DNA of 64,000 bases from Archaeoglobaceae archaeon (GTDB lineage: Archaea > Halobacteriota > Archaeoglobi > Archaeoglobales > Archaeoglobaceae), in contig JANXEF010000001.1 of the NCBI GenBank assembly GCA_025057895.1, forward strand, positions 118,755-182,754, in the 5' to 3' direction. Shown here in pieces: positions 57,565 through 64,000 of the stretch (position 1 is its first letter; every line of letters starts with the position of its first letter). The position numbers and the translations under genes were made by a program. The notes beneath the pieces were generated by a model. That model did no database searches. It was not told the origin of the DNA and was given only the letters and a program-made list of their open reading frames with translations.

Positions 57565-58758
57565 ATGTATTCTCTCGTATGCATTGAATGCGGAAAAGAG
57601 AACGATGAAATGAAATACAAGTGCATATGTGATGGATTGCTCGAAGTTCGCTTTGATCTAAGCAGATTAGAAATCGATTTCAAACTAGATGGTAGAGATT
57701 TAAAAGTATGGAAATACAGATCACTTCTTCCAGTTAAATCTGAACCTGTCACACTTAAAGAGGGTGGTACTCCTCTCTATAGATTGGAAAGACTTGAAAA
57801 AGAGCTTGAAATAAGGAGAATCTACGTGAAGCATGAAGGTCTTAATCCTTCAGGATCCTTTAAGGATAGAGGAATGACAGTTGGGATTACAAAGGCTTTA
57901 GAGCTCAAAAAAACTGCTGTAGCCTGTGCATCCACTGGAAATACCTCTGCTTCAATGGCAATGTATGCTGCAAAGTCAGGACTCAAAGCTTTTGTTTTAC
58001 TACCTGCTGGAAAAGTCGCTATCGGAAAAGTAGCTCAAGCTTTGATGCATGGTGCAGAAGTGATCGGAATTAAGGGTAACTTCGACGATGCTCTAAGAAT
58101 TGTACGTGAAGTTTGTGAGAGAGCAGGAATTTACCTTTTGAATTCTGTTAACCCATTCAGACTTGAAGGACAGAAGACGATAGCTTATGAGATTGTTGAT
58201 GAAATTGGAACACCTGATGCAGTAATTTTACCTGTAGGTAATGCTGGAAACATTTCAGCTGTTTTCAAGGGTTTTAAAGAATTTAAAAAGTTACAGCTGA
58301 TCGATAGAGTCCCCAAGATGATCGGAATCCAAGCAAAAGGGGCTGCACCTATCTATAGGGCATTTAAAGAAGGCGAGAGTAAAATAACTCCTGTCACAAA
58401 TCCCGAAACTATCGCTACCGCGATAAGAATTGGCAATCCTGTAAATGCTAGAAAAGCTTTGAGGGCTATTCATGATTCAAAGGGATTGGTTGAAGTTGTG
58501 AGTGATCATGAAATAATCTCGGCACAAAGAAAACTAGCAAAGAACGGTATCGGTGTTGAACCTGCTTCAGCTTCAAGCGTTGCAGGGCTAATAAAACTCA
58601 TAAGAAATGGTGAAATCGAAAGAGATTCAACTATTGTTTGCATTGCTACAGGAAATTTGCTAAAAGATCCCGAAACTGTTATAAGAGTGTGTGGTGAGCC
58701 AAAGATGGTCGAAGCAGATGTGGAAAAAATCATGTCTTTTGTAACCCAAATTTCTTAG
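57565..58758 (+). CDS. thrC: Threonine synthase
   Basis: The PLP-lysine motif is GSFKDRG and a fold-type II PLP core (ASTGNTSAS) is present. Confidence 0.85.
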   Translation: MYSLVCIECGKENDEMKYKCICDGLLEVRFDLSRLEIDFKLDGRDLKVWKYRSLLPVKSEPVTLKEGGTPLYRLERLEKELEIRRIYVKHEGLNPSGSFKDRGMTVGITKALELKKTAVACASTGNTSASMAMYAAKSGLKAFVLLPAGKVAIGKVAQALMHGAEVIGIKGNFDDALRIVREVCERAGIYLLNSVNPFRLEGQKTIAYEIVDEIGTPDAVILPVGNAGNISAVFKGFKEFKKLQLIDRVPKMIGIQAKGAAPIYRAFKEGESKITPVTNPETIATAIRIGNPVNARKALRAIHDSKGLVEVVSDHEIISAQRKLAKNGIGVEPASASSVAGLIKLIRNGEIERDSTIVCIATGNLLKDPETVIRVCGEPKMVEADVEKIMSFVTQIS

Positions 58759-59569
58759 CTTCTCTTGATTTCAGGACCTTTATTCCATCAATGGATTTCA
58801 TCAAATACTTGACCTTTGATGTTACTGATTTTTCATCGTAGATTATGAATTTTGCAGAACTGAGCTCGATCGCTTTTTTGAGGATTTTCTCATCGAGACA
58901 TTCAAAGGTATACTTGGCGAAATTATGACCAAAAGTGAACTCCGTCTCAAGCATTAACTCTGTTTGTCTCGGAATATAATGTGTTCCTCCAATTCCCACT
59001 GATACTTTCCAAAATTTCTTATCACTTTTTATTGCCTCATAAATAGCCTCAGCAACGATCTCACCAGCTGTTCTATCTATCCATTCTTCCTCAGTAGAGC
59101 CAATCTCGTAAAAAGCAGATGGTTTTGATATCTCTGATGGACCATGATGTGTTGCTTCAAGTGTTAGCTCAAATTCTGGCTTTTTATCTATTTTTTCTCC
59201 TAATGAGAGGAAATAGTTCTTAAGTGTCATTGGAGAAGGTTTTGCAAGACTCTTTGGCTTTCCACCATATTCATTATTTCCCGGATTTCCTGATACATGC
59301 GCTGTGAAAATTTTTCTTCCATCCTTACTACTGTGTCTTGAAATGAAAAGAATTTCTTCGAATTCTAAAAAATCCGATAATTTTTCATCGATATGGTCTG
59401 CATAAATCAAACTTCCCGTTATCTCTGCGATAGAGAATAATTTTCCTACGTATATGACGAAGTCATCTTTAATCTTTTTATCAAAGTCATCGAAGCTCAA
59501 CAAATGGTTCAAGACGTTTACTGAAGCTTTGTCATCCCTACTGCCTATGACGAGTTTCATGGAAAACAC
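58730..59569 (-). CDS. dtdA: Archaeal-type D-aminoacyl-tRNA deacylase (DTD2/DtdA) (putative)
   Basis: 279 aa. The N-terminus MKLVIGSRDDKASVNVLNHLL resembles archaeal DtdA. Confidence 0.5.
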   Translation of the reverse strand: MFSMKLVIGSRDDKASVNVLNHLLSFDDFDKKIKDDFVIYVGKLFSIAEITGSLIYADHIDEKLSDFLEFEEILFISRHSSKDGRKIFTAHVSGNPGNNEYGGKPKSLAKPSPMTLKNYFLSLGEKIDKKPEFELTLEATHHGPSEISKPSAFYEIGSTEEEWIDRTAGEIVAEAIYEAIKSDKKFWKVSVGIGGTHYIPRQTELMLETEFTFGHNFAKYTFECLDEKILKKAIELSSAKFIIYDEKSVTSKVKYLMKSIDGIKVLKSREAKKFGLQKT

Positions 59570-59626
59570 ATATCGTTGCGAATAAAAGGCTAATCCTCAA
59601 AAGTAGCACAAAGCTTTAATACTCCT

Positions 59627-60079
59627 GTGCCGAACTATACTGTGTTATCAGCTGAAGTATACGGTGTCTTCATAGCTAAAACAGAATTCTCAGCATCTCC
59701 TGTAGTTGTTCTTAGAGCAGAAGACGGTCGTATTTTACCCATTTACATTGGTTTTGCCGAAGCTGCATCGATTTATTCAGCAATCAATCGTCTCACACCA
59801 CCAAGGCCAATGACCCACGATCTTCTAATCGATATACTATCTAAACTCGAAGTACAAGTTGAAAGGGTTGTAATTGATGACCTTATTGATAATACTTTTT
59901 ATGCAAGAATTATAGTAAAAAGAGATGAAAGAGAGATAGAAATCGATGCTAGACCAAGCGATAGCATTGCTATAGCGCTTCGTATTTCGTGTCCAATCTT
60001 CATAGATTCAAAGATTCTCGATGAAGCCGGAAGAGAAGACGTTCCCTCTTATTTTAGAGATTTTGCTGAATTTGCTTAA
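59627..60079 (+). CDS. Bifunctional nuclease (BFN/DUF151) domain protein
   Basis: The motif is PRPMTHDLLIDIL...RPSDSIAIALR. Confidence 0.6.
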   Translation: MPNYTVLSAEVYGVFIAKTEFSASPVVVLRAEDGRILPIYIGFAEAASIYSAINRLTPPRPMTHDLLIDILSKLEVQVERVVIDDLIDNTFYARIIVKRDEREIEIDARPSDSIAIALRISCPIFIDSKILDEAGREDVPSYFRDFAEFA

Positions 60080-60500
60080 CTTTTAAAAGTCTAATCTTGA
60101 ACAAAAGCTGCTTCTTAAAATAAAAGAGAAGTTCATCATCCTTTTCAACTATTATCTTCTCGAAATAAGGTTTTTTGTCAAACTTTTCAATCAATTTTTT
60201 TGGAATTGCGTGGAAAAAATTGTATTTATCTCCAAAAAAGAGAACTGCTCCATCGCTTATCTCTATCTTTTTCACATTGCTTACAGAGAAAAGAATTTCT
60301 AAGGTTTTGATTCCATTTTTAAAGAAACTCATCACTGCAGGATTTCCCTTGATCTCCAAAATCATACAGATTTGACCCATTTTCAATTCTCTTAGGCTCA
60401 ATTTTCCTCTCCGTATGTATTTCCAACCAAGAAATCTCGAAAAAATCTTTGCAAAAGATCTAGTTTTTCTTCCTGGTTTTCTAGAAGTTGTAAGGATCAT
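60054..60500 (-). CDS. Brix-domain (Imp4-like) ribosome biogenesis protein
   Basis: The N-terminus is MILTTSRKPGRKTRSF. Confidence 0.6.
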   Translation of the reverse strand: MILTTSRKPGRKTRSFAKIFSRFLGWKYIRRGKLSLRELKMGQICMILEIKGNPAVMSFFKNGIKTLEILFSVSNVKKIEISDGAVLFFGDKYNFFHAIPKKLIEKFDKKPYFEKIIVEKDDELLFYFKKQLLFKIRLLKVKQIQQNL

Positions 60501-61081
60501 AACTCACACTCGACGAAACTCTCTCCGTCGTGACCTATCAAAAAATCTCCAGATTTAAGAGGGATCAAAATTACTCCATTTGTCTCAAAATACCTAATCT
60601 TTCTCACATTCCTTATTTCAGTGCCCAAAAGTTCAACTGCTAAAAAAGAACCACTCTCGATTCTCCTACACCTAGAAAATTTGAAGTTTACAGGCATTAG
60701 ATTGTAGCTTTTTCCGATCCTTTGTCCTATTTCAGATCCAAAGAGAATTTCTTGAAGAGATTTAGAAAAAAATTCCCAATTAGTATCAATAAGTAGTTGT
60801 TTTGGAAAAGAAGAGAAGTAGGTAACGATTTCTTCAACTTTATCTTTTCTATGAATCCACTCACAACGCTTGCAGCTCCAGGTATAGTTTCCACTTGAAG
60901 AAATAACCAAATCCCCAAATTTATATATAAAACATGGATAAAAAATACAATAGCAAAGAGAGCAATCTTGTCCTTCAAAATGGCAGGGATAATATGCACA
61001 CTCCTTAATTGAACCTAAAATAGAGTTCATAGCTGAAAAAAGATCAATTAAACCCTTCTCATTCATCTTTTCACCTTCCAA
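60497..61081 (-). CDS. Cys-rich hypothetical protein (N-terminal CxxC-dense metal-binding module)
   Basis: Seven Cys fall within 25 residues (YYPCHFEGQDCSLCYCIFYPC), and CKRCEW lies downstream. Confidence 0.35.
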   Translation of the reverse strand: MEGEKMNEKGLIDLFSAMNSILGSIKECAYYPCHFEGQDCSLCYCIFYPCFIYKFGDLVISSSGNYTWSCKRCEWIHRKDKVEEIVTYFSSFPKQLLIDTNWEFFSKSLQEILFGSEIGQRIGKSYNLMPVNFKFSRCRRIESGSFLAVELLGTEIRNVRKIRYFETNGVILIPLKSGDFLIGHDGESFVECEL

Positions 61082-61640
61082 AAGAAAAAAAAGTCCTAGG
61101 TAATATTATTTCTCCTTCTCCGACAACGGAGGACCCTCTACCTTCAACGTATTCCCTAACAGTCAAAGCAGAAATGACTGCATCAATTTCATCATGAGAT
61201 AGTTCAGGGATCTCAATATAATTCGATAAAGCAATTTTAATCTCTTCCAATCCTCTTTTAGTCCTTTTTTTCGCCTTTGGCGCTATATTCATCACGAAGC
61301 GAGAGGCAAAAGGGTAAACCTCGTAAACTTTCAAACCGAGATCACGTAATTCTTCAGCTATCTTCATTCCAATCAAAGCAATCTCTTTGAAAAATGGAGC
61401 ACCAGATGGAAAAAGTTTAATACCAAGTTTCAGGAGATCTTTCTCACACTCTCTAAGCATACCATTTTCTGGCAAAGTAAGAGGGGCATCGATTCCTACT
61501 GCATAAACTTTAAAAAATACACTCTTATCGTATTCACCTATATAAACGACTTTTTTGTCTATCAATGCTATCTTGCAACTTCTTTTTCCCACATCAATAC
61601 CGCCATAGATCATATCAAAACCATTTGGGCGTGTGGACAA
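61071..61640 (-). CDS. DUF429-like RNase H-fold protein (predicted nuclease/resolvase-like)
   Basis: The motifs GIDVGKRSCKIALID and VGIDAPL match the YqgF/RNase H-like phosphate-binding pattern. Confidence 0.45.
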   Translation of the reverse strand: MSTRPNGFDMIYGGIDVGKRSCKIALIDKKVVYIGEYDKSVFFKVYAVGIDAPLTLPENGMLRECEKDLLKLGIKLFPSGAPFFKEIALIGMKIAEELRDLGLKVYEVYPFASRFVMNIAPKAKKRTKRGLEEIKIALSNYIEIPELSHDEIDAVISALTVREYVEGRGSSVVGEGEIILPRTFFSFGR

Positions 61641-61903
61641 TTGGAGACCCAGAGAACTCTTTCCTTATCAATTATTCCTAATTTTATTGCCAATTTGACA
61701 GATCTTTCACCTGTTATGTTTGCAATCGTAGCTTTCTTTAATGCTTCAACAACATCTTTCTCTTCAAATTCTTCTGAACCATAGAAGCTCTCTTTCACTT
61801 CAAGTTTAAGATTTTCATCTCTGAATATCTTACCAACTAACTCAGAATCGCAAACTGCTACGAGGATTTCGCCTCTTACATTGTAGATTTTCATTCTAAA
61901 CAT
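61610..61903 (-). CDS. Small conserved archaeal protein (DUF424-like)
   Basis: 97 aa. It overlaps both neighbours. Confidence 0.35.
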   Translation of the reverse strand: MFRMKIYNVRGEILVAVCDSELVGKIFRDENLKLEVKESFYGSEEFEEKDVVEALKKATIANITGERSVKLAIKLGIIDKERVLWVSNCPHAQMVLI

Positions 61904-62306
61904 TTTTCACTGGTTGTTTAGCTCCACAAGCCATGCAACGTAGAAATTGTACTCTACCTTCCTTGATGAGTTCGGTATCAGGAGCGCTACATTCCTTGCA
62001 TATCACATAAGATCTCACGTACTCATTTATTTCTTTCTGAATTTCCTCCTCACCGAATTTTCCCTGAAAAATGAGTCTTCCGTTATCTATGATGCCAGCA
62101 GTTCCAAGAGACTTGACCAGATACTTGTATATGTGCTCCTCACTTCTATTGAGAATCTTTGAAATCTGTGTAAGGTTTCTTAAAATCGTTCTAACCCCTT
62201 CTCTCGTAACAATAACCTTTGGAATCTCGAATCTCTCTTTCCTCGTAACTTTTCTTTGTGATAGCATTTCCAAAGCTCGATCAAGGAGTTTCTCATATTC
62301 TTCCAT
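61896..62306 (-). CDS. eif2b: Translation initiation factor 2 subunit beta
   Basis: The C-terminal Zn ribbon is CKECSAPDTELIKEGRVQFLRCMACGA. Confidence 0.8.
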   Translation of the reverse strand: MEEYEKLLDRALEMLSQRKVTRKERFEIPKVIVTREGVRTILRNLTQISKILNRSEEHIYKYLVKSLGTAGIIDNGRLIFQGKFGEEEIQKEINEYVRSYVICKECSAPDTELIKEGRVQFLRCMACGAKQPVKNV

Positions 62307-62377
62307 CGTTAGATGTTTACCTGATTGTATTTAAGCTTCTCGAAAGTGTTAAAATTCGCTCTAAAAAATAGGATTTA

Positions 62378-64000
62378 GTGGACAATTACGCCCTCCTCGC
62401 TATCACTCTTGGATTTTCAGCTTTAATTGCTCTATTATTCAAGAGACTCGGATTCTCACAGGTTACTGGTTATCTTATGGCGGGCATCATTTTGGGATTT
62501 ATCTTCCAAAAAAGACTAGAGGAGAACGAAGTCTTTCTTACCCTTTTTTCTGATATAGCAATAACACTTCTCGTTTTTGAAATTGGTAGAGAAATTGGAA
62601 TCGAAAACTTGAGAAATCTGAAGGTTTTACCCTTGGCTATTCTTCTATTCGAAGTCCTAACTTCTACAACAATAGCATTGTTGATCGGAAATTTATTAGA
62701 ACTCAAAAACCTAGAAGTATTTATTCTAGCATTGATTAGCTCTTTCAGCAGTACACCAGTCATATTCAAGATTCTAAGCGATTTAAAACTCGAAGATGAT
62801 GTAAGGAAACTAATATTAACCGTAGCAATCCTCGATGACGTTTTGGCTGTTTTAGTGCTTGTATTAATGCCTCAACTAGCTTTTGGAGGTATTCAATTTA
62901 CAGAACTAATTAGAACTCTATTTTTCTCGATTTCATTTGCTTTTATGCTTGTTTTTATAGGTACAAGTTTATTGAATAACTTTTTTAGAAAAGTAATAAA
63001 ACCAGACGAGGACATTGGAATTGCTGTTGCTATCAGTTCAGCTCTTCTTTTTGCAGTGATTTCAAAATCATTTGGATTTTCTCCCGCTCTCGGAGCTTTT
63101 TGTGCAGGTTTAGCACTTTCTAAGCATCCAAGGAATCTTGAGATTAGTCAAAACTTAAAATCGATTAGAGAGATTTTCTTAATACTTTTCTTCGTTGCGC
63201 TAGGACTCAAATCCGGTCTTTTATTTGAGTTTACTCCAATATTACTCATTGCTCCAATTCTTATAATTATTGGTAGATTTTTTGCCTTTACAGCTTCTAA
63301 TTGGGTCTTTAGTAAGCGTAGTCTTGAAGAGTGTGTAAGAATTGGTTTTATTGCAACTTCTGTTGGAGAATTTGGTTTGGTAGTCGTTTATGAAGCTTTG
63401 AGGCTTGGAATTGTCGAAGGAGAATTTCTTTCGATTACAGCGATATCTATAATTCTTGGAACAGTAGTATCTTCAAAGTTAAGCTTAAAAGCCGACTACG
63501 CTGAAAAAATAGCTTCAATAGTCCCAATAAAGGTAAAGATATTCGTTGACAACTTAGCTTTAAACCTTATGAGAGTGATCGAAGCAAGGGAAGGTGAATT
63601 TGTGAGACTTTTAATTCTCAGAGTAGTCAGAAATGTAGTCATAGTAATTCTGATCTCAATTCTTGGGTCAGGAATACTTTATATTTTCGATTTTTATGTT
63701 CCTCAGCTCAAATATGCTTTTGCATCGATAACCCTCGCTCTAATACTTGCAACAACCCTTGCAATTTCGATAAAAACTAAAAATCATGCAAAGAACATCT
63801 GCTATTTTCTTGTTGAAAAAAGAGGAGTTAATCCTATACTCGAAAGGATTCTTACCGGTGCCACATTTACTTTCATAATGCTCACAAGTGTCAATCTAAT
63901 AGTTCTCGTTTCAGGAAAATTCATTGCAAGCATTGTTAACGAGTTTTTGAAATTGCCTTTTAGTCAAAGTTTCGCAGGTCTATTTTTCATAGCTATCTTC
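62378..64000 (+). CDS. Monovalent cation:proton antiporter (CPA2/Kef-NapA-like), 3'-partial; GTG start
   Basis: A continuous open frame runs from the GTG at 62378 to the window end. It contains many TM helices (LGFSQVTGYLMAGIILG...) and was not in the ORF track because there is no in-window stop. Confidence 0.65.
   Translation, partial: MDNYALLAITLGFSALIALLFKRLGFSQVTGYLMAGIILGFIFQKRLEENEVFLTLFSDIAITLLVFEIGREIGIENLRNLKVLPLAILLFEVLTSTTIALLIGNLLELKNLEVFILALISSFSSTPVIFKILSDLKLEDDVRKLILTVAILDDVLAVLVLVLMPQLAFGGIQFTELIRTLFFSISFAFMLVFIGTSLLNNFFRKVIKPDEDIGIAVAISSALLFAVISKSFGFSPALGAFCAGLALSKHPRNLEISQNLKSIREIFLILFFVALGLKSGLLFEFTPILLIAPILIIIGRFFAFTASNWVFSKRSLEECVRIGFIATSVGEFGLVVVYEALRLGIVEGEFLSITAISIILGTVVSSKLSLKADYAEKIASIVPIKVKIFVDNLALNLMRVIEAREGEFVRLLILRVVRNVVIVILISILGSGILYIFDFYVPQLKYAFASITLALILATTLAISIKTKNHAKNICYFLVEKRGVNPILERILTGATFTFIMLTSVNLIVLVSGKFIASIVNEFLKLPFSQSFAGLFFIAIF

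Noticed and set aside
1-64000. CRISPR arrays and cas genes
   Set aside because: No direct-repeat/spacer periodicity of 25-40 bp was found. The only tandem repeat is the 9-bp coding repeat at 14.66 kb.
1-64000. IS elements, transposases, integrases and prophage blocks
   Set aside because: No transposase, integrase or phage-like ORFs were recognised. The only inverted-repeat-bounded element is the 41.3 kb GC-rich region, which has no coding capacity.

Overview
This 64 kb window reads as a densely coding archaeal chromosome segment, most likely a euryarchaeon of the Archaeoglobi or H4MPT/F420-using type. That inference rests on three things: an F420H2:NADP+ oxidoreductase (Fno)-like gene, a Mer-like F420-dependent methylene-H4MPT reductase, and a DsrMK/HdrDE-like pair. 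Added to that are the archaeal information-processing genes PolD DP2, aCPSF1, proteasome beta, RpoL, exosome Csl4, aIF2-beta, NMD3, TiaS, Elp3, Taw1/Taw2 and ApgM. Coding sequence is AT-rich and genes sit almost back-to-back, many with overlapping start and stop codons. I found no CRISPR array, no IS or transposase, no rRNA, one tRNA (Ser-TGA, minus strand) and one GC-rich structured RNA candidate at 41.3-41.6 kb. Every functional call comes from reading motifs in the supplied translations (Walker A/B, DHH, PLP lysine motifs, radical-SAM CxxxCxxC, CCG domains, NPPF and others). None is search-verified. I could not single out one certain 'new system'. The strongest leads are: (i) an overlapping AAA-ATPase / MBL-hydrolase / hydantoinase_A-like cassette; (ii) an archaeosortase-like protease next to archaetidylserine synthase and decarboxylase; (iii) a huge pilin-signal CARDB surface protein transcribed divergently from an orphan histidine kinase; (iv) an FwdG/B/D-like trio with no A or C subunits; (v) the unexplained GC-rich RNA element bounded by an 11-bp inverted repeat; (vi) an orphan CARF-wHTH regulator.
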